Virus record (IMG/VR): IMGVR_UViG_3300049795_000032
Location: 1 to 43,714 of that record
Origin: a virus
Length of the DNA stretch: 43,714 nucleotides
Reading direction: 5' to 3' (one strand)
The notes below the pieces were generated by a model. The model saw only the letters and a list, made by a program, of their open reading frames with translations, ran no database searches and was not told the DNA's origin. How positions within the stretch are numbered: position 1 is the first letter of the stretch; each line of letters begins with the position of its first letter. Below are positions 15,739 through 24,138 of this stretch, piece after piece. The translations under genes and the position numbers were made by a program.

Positions 15739-16872
15739 GTGGCACTCCAAGTATTACGCATTGACGTGACCTCTGGCTCTCTCTCCAAAGCGATCGAGCT
15801 TGCGGACGGTTCATTGCGCATCCCTGCCCGCGTCGCACGCACGGGCGTGCAGGTCTACCAATATGCGGATGGAAGCACGGTCAGGGAATACCGTTCCCCT
15901 GCCGAGGTATTCTCTAAGGATGCCGTCCAGTCATTCGATGACGTGGCCGTGACCATCGGGCACCCCCTCTCGCCCGTGTCACCCGTGAACTGGAATTCCC
16001 TTGCCAAGGGACATATCGACGATCCGCAGAAATCGGAAACGTTTCTGACCGCGGATGTCATTGTCAAGGATGCCGCCACGATCAACGCGATCAAGGCCGG
16101 CGATTTGGTAGAATTGAGCGCTGGGTATTACGTCACGGTCGACCCTACGCCAGGCGTCACGCCCGAGGGCGAGCCCTACGATGCCGTGCAAACGAATATC
16201 GTAGGCAACCACGTGGCGCTGCTCCCCAAGGGGCAAGGGCGCGCGGGCCCTGACGTGCGACTTTATGCGGACAGCAAGGATGGATCCGCGATTTGCTACC
16301 CTAAGGTCGAACCCGATAACGCACCGTCAACGGAGATTGCACCAATGGCCGACAAGATCACGACCGAAGCCCGCACCGATAATGCCCCGGTTGTGCCCGT
16401 CGCAGTGTATGACAAGGCGTGCGCGGAGCGAGACGCGGCCCTCGCCAAGCTCGCGACCGTCGAGAGTAATGTCACCAAGGCGGATTCGGCCCTTGCCGAT
16501 CGTGTTGCCCGTCGCGTGCTCGCTTGCCGAGTTGATTCGAGCGAAGCAACGATCAAGCTCGCTACCGATTCCAAGGTGAGCGACCGCGACGTCATGGTGG
16601 CGGTCATTGCCGCCAAGCGCCCGAGTATCAAGCTCGATGGCAAGAGCGACGAATACGTGGCCGCGATGTTCGACGTGTGCGCCTCGGAAGCGCAGACCGA
16701 TACCGCCGCGCGTAATGACGCGAAGCGCGCGAACACGCAAGCTGTGAGCGGTCTCGTCAATGCGCTTACCGGAGCGGATAAGCCACTCGAGCAACGTAAT
16801 GACGGAGTCGAGGATATGGCCGAACGCGCCAAGCAAGAACGCGATCGTAAGAACCGCGGAATCAAAGCCTGA
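15739..16872 (+). CDS. DUF2213-type prohead scaffold/protease-like protein
   Basis: Motifs ARVARTGVQVYQY, VTIGHP, ELSAGYY and VGNHVALLPKGQGRAG match my recollection of DUF2213. The helical, charged C-terminal half looks like scaffold. Lies upstream of the capsid gene. Confidence 0.6.
   Translation: MALQVLRIDVTSGSLSKAIELADGSLRIPARVARTGVQVYQYADGSTVREYRSPAEVFSKDAVQSFDDVAVTIGHPLSPVSPVNWNSLAKGHIDDPQKSETFLTADVIVKDAATINAIKAGDLVELSAGYYVTVDPTPGVTPEGEPYDAVQTNIVGNHVALLPKGQGRAGPDVRLYADSKDGSAICYPKVEPDNAPSTEIAPMADKITTEARTDNAPVVPVAVYDKACAERDAALAKLATVESNVTKADSALADRVARRVLACRVDSSEATIKLATDSKVSDRDVMVAVIAAKRPSIKLDGKSDEYVAAMFDVCASEAQTDTAARNDAKRANTQAVSGLVNALTGADKPLEQRNDGVEDMAERAKQERDRKNRGIKA
16295..16303 (+). promoter_or_regulatory. 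GCTACCCTA motif copy 2, internal to the scaffold/protease gene
   Basis: atttGCTACCCTAAGGtcg. It is 42 nt upstream of in-frame ATG 16345, which has a GGAG 10 nt upstream. Confidence 0.4.
16345..16872 (+). CDS. Possible nested in-frame scaffold product (C-terminal 175 aa of the 15739-16872 gene)
   Basis: In-frame ATG (M203) with GGAG upstream and an internal motif copy. The product MADKITTEARTD... is helical and charged. Confidence 0.3.
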   Translation: MADKITTEARTDNAPVVPVAVYDKACAERDAALAKLATVESNVTKADSALADRVARRVLACRVDSSEATIKLATDSKVSDRDVMVAVIAAKRPSIKLDGKSDEYVAAMFDVCASEAQTDTAARNDAKRANTQAVSGLVNALTGADKPLEQRNDGVEDMAERAKQERDRKNRGIKA

Positions 16873-16919
16873 CCTGAACGAGCACGGACCAAAGAAAGCA
16901 ATAGGAGCTTAGCAAGACA

Positions 16920-17417
16920 ATGGCGCAAACTGGTACCTACTCGTTCGATCGTGCGGTTGCTGTCCCCGGAATGACGGATGACGGCCCGAAGGAAATCGAC
17001 ACCTTTATCGCGTACGAAGATCTCCCCTTCGGTCGCGCGGTTCGCCTGCACACGGGCACCACCGATCAAGTGGAATTGCCCACGGACGACTCCGGCGCGA
17101 TCGTTGGATTCGTCGTTTACAAGGATATGCTGGAAATGGCATACCCGCCCGCTGGCGCCGCAGTGATCAAGGCAGGCACCCCGGTCGCAATCCTGCGTAA
17201 AGGCCGCATGTGGGCCGCTTGGGATGGCGCAGGTACTGTCGCTGTGTTTACGCAATTCAACATCCGCAACAATGCCGCCGCGCCCACGACCAAGGGCATG
17301 GTTACTGCGGCCGCAGCGTCCGCGGACGTCGTTCGCGCGGGCACTCGCGGCACCTTTTACAAGGCGCGCAAGGATGCCACGCTCGGCATTGCGCAAATCG
17401 AAGTCTCGCTCCCGTGA
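16920..17417 (+). CDS. Head decoration/cement-like structural protein
   Basis: 165-aa ORF between the scaffold and major capsid genes, with AGGAG upstream. Function assigned by position only. Confidence 0.4.
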   Translation: MAQTGTYSFDRAVAVPGMTDDGPKEIDTFIAYEDLPFGRAVRLHTGTTDQVELPTDDSGAIVGFVVYKDMLEMAYPPAGAAVIKAGTPVAILRKGRMWAAWDGAGTVAVFTQFNIRNNAAAPTTKGMVTAAAASADVVRAGTRGTFYKARKDATLGIAQIEVSLP

Positions 17418-17465
17418 TCGGGTGACACGCACCACAGCAGAAAGCACGCAAAGGAATCACCTGTC

Positions 17466-18473
17466 ATGAAAAGCGCTCTTATCCGTCAATTGCTCGCACA
17501 GTCGCTGCCTCAAGTCGATCCGCAGTACGGGCAAGCCCGTCCCGATGGTCGCGGGTTGCATGGCGACGCAAACGAGACCGCGCTTTTCGCGCGTCAATTG
17601 GAGTACGTTTTCACGGAGCTTTACCGCTTCGAGTACCCCGACGCGATTGGACGCACGATCGTCCCCCTCGATTTCAGCGTGCCCACGGGTGCGAATTCGC
17701 ACACGTATCGCATGCTCGATCAAGTCGGAGAGGCGACGATCGGTGACTCCTACGCCACGGACGTGCCGTATGTCGACGTCAAGGGCCAAGAGAACAGCCA
17801 GAAGATCGTTCCGATTTTCTCGGGCTTCTATGTGTCGATGCAAGACCTTCGCGCCGCTGCGATGTCGGGCGTGCCTATCGACCAAGAAAAGGCCGAAACC
17901 GCGCGCATTGCAATCGAGCAACGGCTTGACGCAGCCCTCGCGGTGGGTGAATCGTCCGTGAGCCTTACGGGTTTCGCGAATGACGCCAACGTCACCGCAT
18001 CGGCCCTCTCGGGGCTCACGGGTACTTGGTCAGGCGCGACCGCCGCGCAGATCCAGGCCGACCTGGAATTGATCGCGAAGACCATTTTCGATCAAACCCT
18101 CGGCATCCGAGGCAATCCCGAGAACGGTACGCAAATCGATCTCGTGCTCCCGACTACGCTGTATAGCATCCTCTCCACCAAGAGGATTGACACGTACAAC
18201 ATGATGACGGTACTCGAGTACGCTCGTACCAAGATGCCCATGATCAAGTCGATCAAGCCGTGGGGTCGACTCAATACCGCGGGCGCTTCCAACGTCGCGC
18301 GTATCGTCGCCTTCCACAACGATAAGCGCGTTGTGCAAGGCATCATCTCGCAAGATTTCGAGATCATGCCGATGCAGCCCAAGGGCTTCGGTTGGTCCGT
18401 CCCCTGTCACATGCGCTTTGGAGGGACCGTCGTGCGTTACCCCAAGGGTATGCGCTACATTGACGGCTGCTGA
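17466..18473 (+). CDS. Major capsid protein (HK97-fold, DUF2184-like)
   Basis: 335 aa. Position after scaffold and decoration genes fits the DUF1073 portal / DUF2213 / DUF2184 gene set. Followed by the strongest terminator in the window. Confidence 0.7.
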   Translation: MKSALIRQLLAQSLPQVDPQYGQARPDGRGLHGDANETALFARQLEYVFTELYRFEYPDAIGRTIVPLDFSVPTGANSHTYRMLDQVGEATIGDSYATDVPYVDVKGQENSQKIVPIFSGFYVSMQDLRAAAMSGVPIDQEKAETARIAIEQRLDAALAVGESSVSLTGFANDANVTASALSGLTGTWSGATAAQIQADLELIAKTIFDQTLGIRGNPENGTQIDLVLPTTLYSILSTKRIDTYNMMTVLEYARTKMPMIKSIKPWGRLNTAGASNVARIVAFHNDKRVVQGIISQDFEIMPMQPKGFGWSVPCHMRFGGTVVRYPKGMRYIDGC

Positions 18474-18492
18474 TTAGCACAGCGACTTACTT

Positions 18493-18524
18493 ACGCCCGC
18501 GGACCAGTGCCGCGGGCGTTTTTC
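18493..18524 (+). terminator. Rho-independent terminator after the capsid gene
   Basis: Perfect 10-bp stem acgcccgcgg/ccgcgggcgt, 7-nt loop, then a T-run. Confidence 0.85.
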
Positions 18525-18530
18525 ATTTCC

Positions 18531-18543
18531 GCTACCCTAGTGC
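18531..18543 (+). promoter_or_regulatory. GCTACCCTA motif copy 3 abutting an ATG start
   Basis: cGCTACCCTAgtgcATG. The hexamer ends 5 nt before ATG 18544. Confidence 0.55.
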
Positions 18544-18825
18544 ATGCTGCTCGCGGCGTTTCGGATTCGCTTTCCCGAGCTAAAGCAAGCGGTGGATCAA
18601 TTGGTCCAAGCTTCGCTAGACGCGGCCGCATTGTCCGTGGATCCGGTCGTGTGGGTTGAGAAGTACGACGAGGGGCACGGATTGCTAGCGGCGCACTTGC
18701 TTACTCTCAGTCCCTTCGGTCAAGCCGTGCGCCTCGTGACCAATAACGACAAGTCTACCACGTATCTCGCTCACTATCAGCGCATGCAAGTCAATCTCGG
18801 GGATGCGCATTTCTTGGTGCTGTGA
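18544..18825 (+). CDS. Head-tail adaptor (DUF4054-like)
   Basis: 93 aa. FRIRFPEL...DEGHGLLAAHLLTLSPFGQ resembles DUF4054 connector proteins. First gene after the capsid. Confidence 0.5.
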   Translation: MLLAAFRIRFPELKQAVDQLVQASLDAAALSVDPVVWVEKYDEGHGLLAAHLLTLSPFGQAVRLVTNNDKSTTYLAHYQRMQVNLGDAHFLVL

Positions 18826-19355
18826 TGGCAGGTAAAGCAACCGTCAAAGTCATTCGATTGACTGACAGGGGCCTTAGGTCCGCTGTCAAAAAGCTGTTCG
18901 GGCTCCAACGCGCTAGCGTCAAGGTGGGCGTGTTTGGCGATAAAGGCGATGCGCAAGAGACAGGAAGCAGCCTCACCGTATCGGAGATTGCTGCGGTGCA
19001 CGAGTTTGGTCTTGGTGTCCCCGAGCGTTCTTGGTTGCGTGGATACATCGATGAAAATCAAGAGAGCATCGCGCGCGCTGCATTGCTCATTATGACTAAG
19101 ACGCTCGCTCGAGTGGTCGCCAGTGGCAAGCCCGTATCCCCGGGCGTGCAACGCGGTGCGCTCGCCAAGCTCGGCATGTTCATGGTCGCAGGCATTCAAG
19201 AGCGCATGACAGCGGGTATTGCCCCCGAGCTGGCGCAAAGCACTATCGATCGTAAAGGTTCGAGCACGCCGTTGATAAACACGGGGCAGTTGCGCGCTTC
19301 CGTCACGTATGAAGTAGACCTTGACGGCTCTGTCTCTAAAGGGGTGGAGACATGA
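18825..19355 (+). CDS. Head-tail joining protein (HK97 gp10-like)
   Basis: IAAVHEFGLGVPERSWLRGYIDE motif. ATG 18825 overlaps the upstream stop (TGATG); the track lists GTG 18822. Confidence 0.5.
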   Translation: MAGKATVKVIRLTDRGLRSAVKKLFGLQRASVKVGVFGDKGDAQETGSSLTVSEIAAVHEFGLGVPERSWLRGYIDENQESIARAALLIMTKTLARVVASGKPVSPGVQRGALAKLGMFMVAGIQERMTAGIAPELAQSTIDRKGSSTPLINTGQLRASVTYEVDLDGSVSKGVET

Positions 19356-19996
19356 GCACGCCGCAATTCCCCGCGGCCGTGTTCAAGGATACGGTCCAAG
19401 CCCTGGCGGGCCCGTATGTGCCCGTGGCTTGGGATAATGAGCCCATGCCCGTAGACGTGTTCTCGGGCCTCGACGCCAACGGCGTGCCCTTGGTTGGAGT
19501 CACCCAAGCGAGCACCGTGGCGGACGCAGGGCTGCCCTGTTCTATTGAGCTGGCCATCACTTCCGCGACCGGCTTGGGGGTGGACGAGTATCGCAGGCTG
19601 TATCACGCCGAAAGTGTCCCGGCCGCGGGCGATGATTATCAGGACGTGACCGTGGTAGGACATCGCGCGCTCACCGTCACGATGAAAGTCATCTCTGACG
19701 TGCTGCCTATTGCCTTGGACGTGGCGGAGAGAATCCGCACGCGCGTCTATTGGCCGTCCTCCCTCAATCGTTTGCGCGCAGGGGGGCTTACCGTGCGCCA
19801 AGTGGGGCAGGCCCGGACCATTCCTGGACCTAATCGCGACAATCGAGTGGTTGATTACGTGATCGTTGAATACTTCCTTTACTTCGTGTCGTCGGAAACG
19901 GACCCCCTTGGGGAGACTGAGGAAGTGACGGGGTATCCAACCACTAAAAACAATTACATAGCGGCCGTGACGACCACGTTTACCAAGGTGCCGTAA
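19352..19996 (+). CDS. Hypothetical neck/tail-completion protein
   Basis: 214-aa ORF with an ATGA overlap. Function by position only. Confidence 0.35.
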   Translation: MSTPQFPAAVFKDTVQALAGPYVPVAWDNEPMPVDVFSGLDANGVPLVGVTQASTVADAGLPCSIELAITSATGLGVDEYRRLYHAESVPAAGDDYQDVTVVGHRALTVTMKVISDVLPIALDVAERIRTRVYWPSSLNRLRAGGLTVRQVGQARTIPGPNRDNRVVDYVIVEYFLYFVSSETDPLGETEEVTGYPTTKNNYIAAVTTTFTKVP

Positions 19997-20733
19997 TGCC
20001 TAACGAGACCGTTTACCTCGGCCAAGGCGGGAATGCGCAGAACGCTATTAATCTCGTGGGAGATGGACAATGCTCCGTCAACGCTGATAGCGTAATCGTC
20101 GCTCTCGGCGCGGGTCAATACTCCAAACGACTAATTATCGTCAACGGATCGGCCCCCTTGGGCGTTGTGTTCCCCGTACTTCGCGGCGCGGCGTGGCTTA
20201 TTGACGTACGTTCGGCGGGGGATTGCCCCGTAACCACGACGTTCGGGACGCTCGATCTCCCAACTGGCGTATATCTGCTTTGGATCAACGATGACGGCTT
20301 GCCCAAAGCCGCGAGCTTTACCCCGCTCGGGTCCATCCCTATCAATTCGCTCTCTGTTGCTGGCGCGTTGGCGGGATATGTAATCACGTTCAACGGTACG
20401 AACGTCGTTTGGTCGGCCCCTACAGGGGGTGCGAGCAACCCGGATATTGTCCATAACTCGAGTACGGGCACCGTTACGCTCGTGCGCAAGGCTTATCAAA
20501 TCGTTGTGCACCATGGAGACTCTGCAGGTAACTGCACGTACAGATTTCCGGCTGCTCCTACGGATTTAGATATTGTGGAATTTGTTCGAGGCAATCCCCT
20601 CTCGGATGCCACCACCCCGTCATTCGACGGCAACAGTCACAACATCGACGGGGCAAGCGGATGGTCTAACACGTCGCTGCTTTCGGGGCAGTGGAGATTT
20701 TACGCGGGTGGCGAGAACGTTTGGAGATCCTGA
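19996..20733 (+). CDS. Hypothetical structural protein
   Basis: 245-aa ORF with a TAATG overlap. Confidence 0.4.
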   Translation: MPNETVYLGQGGNAQNAINLVGDGQCSVNADSVIVALGAGQYSKRLIIVNGSAPLGVVFPVLRGAAWLIDVRSAGDCPVTTTFGTLDLPTGVYLLWINDDGLPKAASFTPLGSIPINSLSVAGALAGYVITFNGTNVVWSAPTGGASNPDIVHNSSTGTVTLVRKAYQIVVHHGDSAGNCTYRFPAAPTDLDIVEFVRGNPLSDATTPSFDGNSHNIDGASGWSNTSLLSGQWRFYAGGENVWRS

Positions 20734-20736
20734 CTC

Positions 20737-21864
20737 ATGCTCAATTTCCCCTTTGATAGACTCCTCGCGCTTCTCCCGGCTAGCCTCGGGCAGAAAGTCA
20801 AATCGCTTTCTCTCGCTGTCACCATTGCGTCAGATCAGGATATTGCTACAGGCGCAAAGCAGGATGACCAGCAAACGGCGCTGGACAGCATCGATGGTAA
20901 GGTACTGAATTGCGATACTACAGATGTCACGATTACATCGCTACCTAGTGTAACGGTGGGTACGTGCGCGCTTCCCACTGGCGCAGCAACGGCCGCGAAG
21001 CAAGACACGGTCATTGCGGGGTTGTCGTCCATTGACGGGCACGTGGACGGATTGGAAGCTTCGTGCTCTAGCATCGACGGCAAGATTACCGCGTGCAATA
21101 CGGGTGCGGTTGTCGTTTCTTCTAGTGCGCTTCCCACGGGGGCCGCGACCAGCACGAAGCAGAGCGACGGCACACAGAAAACGCAAGTAGTTGACGGCTC
21201 GGGCAACGTGCAACCGAGCGGGGATACAGCGGCGCGACCCATTTGGGCCAAGCTGTCCGACGGCGCGGCGGCGCTGTTTGACGCAGCTGTACGTGCTGGC
21301 TTCGTCAAGCTTACTGACGGGACTAACACCGCAGCAGTCAAGGCTGCGTCCACAGCAGCAGCTGCGACCGATCCGGCCATTGTCGTAGCGCTAAGCCCTA
21401 ATCTTGGTGTCGTGCAAGGCGCTCCGGCCGCAGCCGGAGCGCCTTGGGCCGTAAGGCAGTCAGACGGCTCGGCGTTCTACACTGGCGCGAAAACCGGGCA
21501 GCTCCCAAGTGCATTGGGTACGGCAGTGATGTCCGCATCCTTGCCTGTAACGTTCGCGACCGATGACGCTGCGGTAAAGGCGCTCACTCCACAGGGATCC
21601 TGCACGACGCTCGCCGAGGTTACGACTGGTGCGAACACGACGGCAGCAGCCCTTAATTCCATGGCGGCGACGCACGGTGTGATTGTGCAGGCACATCCTA
21701 CTAATACGATAAATGTTAGAATTGGAGACAGCAATACGAGCTCCACTCGGGGTATTGCGCTCACACCAGGTAAAGCCATTTTCCTCCCCGTGACTAATGC
21801 AAATCAGATTACCTACTGTAATGAATCTAGCGTAGCCTCTAAAATCGAGGCATTGGCGATCTGA
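20737..21864 (+). CDS. Fibre-like structural protein with internal TGA(AT)xxKQ...SIDG repeats
   Basis: 375 aa. Contains ATGAKQDDQQTALDSIDGKV, PTGAATAAKQDTVIAGLSSIDGHV, SSIDGKI and PTGAATSTKQSDG. Ala/Thr/Gly-rich. Confidence 0.45.
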   Translation: MLNFPFDRLLALLPASLGQKVKSLSLAVTIASDQDIATGAKQDDQQTALDSIDGKVLNCDTTDVTITSLPSVTVGTCALPTGAATAAKQDTVIAGLSSIDGHVDGLEASCSSIDGKITACNTGAVVVSSSALPTGAATSTKQSDGTQKTQVVDGSGNVQPSGDTAARPIWAKLSDGAAALFDAAVRAGFVKLTDGTNTAAVKAASTAAAATDPAIVVALSPNLGVVQGAPAAAGAPWAVRQSDGSAFYTGAKTGQLPSALGTAVMSASLPVTFATDDAAVKALTPQGSCTTLAEVTTGANTTAAALNSMAATHGVIVQAHPTNTINVRIGDSNTSSTRGIALTPGKAIFLPVTNANQITYCNESSVASKIEALAI

Positions 21865-23138
21865 TGCCGGGATGGATGGCGATGGAAGGGAACCTACTCG
21901 TTACCGTGGACTGGGATCGACCAGTCTTCGTTCTTGACGGGGACGATAACCTTATTTTCAATTTCGATTTCTCCGCGCAGCCCCTATCCGACGGTACCAA
22001 CTCGGCAACGATCAAATCGGCCGTATCTGGTGCTGGATTCACTTACACGCGCGCTAGTGTCGCGACCTGTCAGACGAGCGCGAATGCAATCGTCACGAGC
22101 GGCATCGCTGTTGACGATCCGCGCATCGGCGACCGAGGCCAGGGGCGAGGGCTTTTCTCTGAGGACGGGCGCACTAACGTCTGTCAGCGTGCGCGCAACG
22201 TTGGCGGCACAGGTTGGGGCGCAGGCTCCACGGTCACGTCAGGACAGACCGGTCCTGACGGCGGTACATCGGCGGCGCGAGTCCAGACGACCAGCAGCGC
22301 AACAGGCACGTCGGTTACGTGCACCACGACAGCAAACTTCCGCTATGTGACGTCGGCTTGGGTCAAGGACGCCGGATCTGGTGGCTCCGAGCAGATGTCC
22401 ACGGCCGGCGCGTCGACCAACGCTGTTGCTACCACGCCCGGAGGCACATGGACTCGAATCGAGTACATCCACGCCGACACCGGGACCTCGCTCACGCTTG
22501 CGGCGGCCGATGGTACAGATCAGCATACGGTGGGCGGAACCACCGCTGGTGCCCGAGACACGCTCATCGATCTCGTCCAGCACGAGAACTCCGGCTCCAC
22601 GAGCGGAGGCGAAACACGGGCGACGTCCGCCATCATCACCACCGGCGCGAACGCGACCCGATCTCCAGACCGACTGAAGCTCCCGTGGGCTAAGTTCTCG
22701 GTCAACGGGCGCGCACGGTTGCGCATTCGTTTCATTCCGTTCTTCACGCTCTACTCGGAAGAAAGCGGCAACCGCTACCTTGTGAGCGACGGTACCGAGT
22801 ATTTCTACTTCTCGTCAGGCCAGCCTATCTGTCGTGTTGGAGGCACCAACTCCTCAGCTATGATCGGCTTCAGTCAGCCCGCGTGGGCGGTCGGCGATCT
22901 CGTCGAGATGTACTTGGAATTTGGGAATGGTTATCCCTATTTCGCCAGCCGAATCAACGGCGGCCAGCCGTACACCGTTCCGTCGTCGTCGACGGGATGG
23001 AGTGCCTCGCATACTACGCTGGCCCTCACAGCTGATCCGCACATCATGTCTTGGATTGACGGAACCCTGAAGCTCCAGGGCCTGATCCAGAACGTCAGCG
23101 GATATGCTTATGAATCTAAACCGGGGTGGGTGCCATAA
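21864..23138 (+). CDS. Hypothetical fibre or receptor-binding-like structural protein
   Basis: 424-aa ORF with a TGATG overlap. Ser/Thr/Gly-rich. Confidence 0.4.
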   Translation: MPGWMAMEGNLLVTVDWDRPVFVLDGDDNLIFNFDFSAQPLSDGTNSATIKSAVSGAGFTYTRASVATCQTSANAIVTSGIAVDDPRIGDRGQGRGLFSEDGRTNVCQRARNVGGTGWGAGSTVTSGQTGPDGGTSAARVQTTSSATGTSVTCTTTANFRYVTSAWVKDAGSGGSEQMSTAGASTNAVATTPGGTWTRIEYIHADTGTSLTLAAADGTDQHTVGGTTAGARDTLIDLVQHENSGSTSGGETRATSAIITTGANATRSPDRLKLPWAKFSVNGRARLRIRFIPFFTLYSEESGNRYLVSDGTEYFYFSSGQPICRVGGTNSSAMIGFSQPAWAVGDLVEMYLEFGNGYPYFASRINGGQPYTVPSSSTGWSASHTTLALTADPHIMSWIDGTLKLQGLIQNVSGYAYESKPGWVP

Positions 23139-23593
23139 TGCCCGTACAATCTGGCCTCGTTATGGCTGCAGCGGTTGTCTTGCTCTCCGACGACGGTAGC
23201 GGAAACGGAGAGGTAACGCCGTCGTCGCAGTTCGTATACCAAGGCGGCATTGACGTTGGGGGATACCCGGCGCGCGAATTCCGCCGGGAATCTGACGGAG
23301 CCCTGTTCATCTTACAGCGCATTCGCAGCGGCGGAACGCCGAAGAGATGGCTAGTTGTGGTGTGGACCGCATTCACGCAACGTGATCCAGCACTGACCGC
23401 GTTCGCAGCGCTCACTTCCGACCTAGGGGCGAACGTAATAAAGGGATGGCGCGTGACGCAAACTAGCGGCCGTCTCATGGTCCCGACGCTCGATAGCGAT
23501 GCGACCGCCGCCGGAACAGCGGTCAAAGCCGTATGGCCCGCGGAATGGGTGGACGGTAGCGGGGCTAGATTCGTAGGTAATGTAATTGCTTAG
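23138..23593 (+). CDS. Hypothetical protein
   Basis: ATG 23138 overlaps the upstream TAA (TAATG); the track lists GTG 23126. Confidence 0.5.
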   Translation: MPVQSGLVMAAAVVLLSDDGSGNGEVTPSSQFVYQGGIDVGGYPAREFRRESDGALFILQRIRSGGTPKRWLVVVWTAFTQRDPALTAFAALTSDLGANVIKGWRVTQTSGRLMVPTLDSDATAAGTAVKAVWPAEWVDGSGARFVGNVIA

Positions 23594-23602
23594 TTAGACC
23601 GC

Positions 23603-23611
23603 GCTACCCTA
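23603..23611 (+). promoter_or_regulatory. GCTACCCTA motif copy 4, upstream of the lysis cassette
   Basis: gcGCTACCCTAatatagaggactatcaactATG. GAGGA SD lies 9 nt before ATG 23631. Confidence 0.5.
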
Positions 23612-23630
23612 ATATAGAGGACTATCAACT

Positions 23631-23819
23631 ATGACTAAAGCTAAAGTGCTGGCCTACCTCCTTTCATTGGCAACTATTGCCGCCGCTGTGCAGGCGCAAC
23701 TCGCCACCACTGGCGCGAAAGTGCCTGCTTGGTTTGCTGGCGTGCTCGCACTTGCCACGCTCTTCGCCCCGCAACCGCATAAGAATGACGTGCAAGCGCC
23801 TAAGGAAGAAAGCAAATGA
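23631..23819 (+). CDS. Holin-like small membrane protein (two predicted TM segments)
   Basis: 62 aa. Hydrophobic segments VLAYLLSLATIAAAV and WFAGVLALATLFA, with a charged C-terminus. Lies two genes upstream of the endolysin. Confidence 0.5.
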   Translation: MTKAKVLAYLLSLATIAAAVQAQLATTGAKVPAWFAGVLALATLFAPQPHKNDVQAPKEESK

Positions 23820-24136
23820 CTGACAACCCTAATAGCCGTCTCGACGGATTCAACGATCCGCAATATCGGGCGGACGCTGCGGCTCTGGAGCAAGCTAAGA
23901 GCAAGTTCGATCACGCGTATTACGCGAAGCTCATTTCGGAGGCCCTTAATGGTGCATTGACCTTGGAAGATCTCCCCGACGACGTGCGTAAGCTTGTCGC
24001 TATGCCGGGGGGCGTGCAATCGTTGATCGATATCGTCAAAGGTACTGACTGGCCTGACGATTTCGGCGACTTGCGGGACGACGTTGACGCGCTCGTGAAG
24101 CTCGGGCGCATCTTCCTCGCCCTGTTCGGGGGTTGA
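23816..24136 (+). CDS. Hypothetical acidic protein within the lysis cassette
   Basis: 106-aa ORF with an ATGA overlap. Confidence 0.55.
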   Translation: MTDNPNSRLDGFNDPQYRADAAALEQAKSKFDHAYYAKLISEALNGALTLEDLPDDVRKLVAMPGGVQSLIDIVKGTDWPDDFGDLRDDVDALVKLGRIFLALFGG

Positions 24137-24138
24137 TC

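Noticed and set aside
16296-17447. 383-aa minus-strand ORF across the scaffold and decoration genes. Similar long antisense ORFs occur at 14974-15600, 25334-26143, 29206-30045, 31633-32262, 32810-33457, 34630-35322, 36412-37044 and 11262-11924
   Set aside because: All lie opposite recognisable structural or replication genes. They have R/S/A-rich low-information sequence and lack start-stop coupling with neighbours. I treat them as GC-driven shadow ORFs.
20845-21180. Diversity-generating retroelement (template/variable repeat pair) in the fibre-like gene
   Set aside because: The internal repeats differ at all base types rather than at adenine-specific positions. No reverse transcriptase or accessory gene exists anywhere in the genome.
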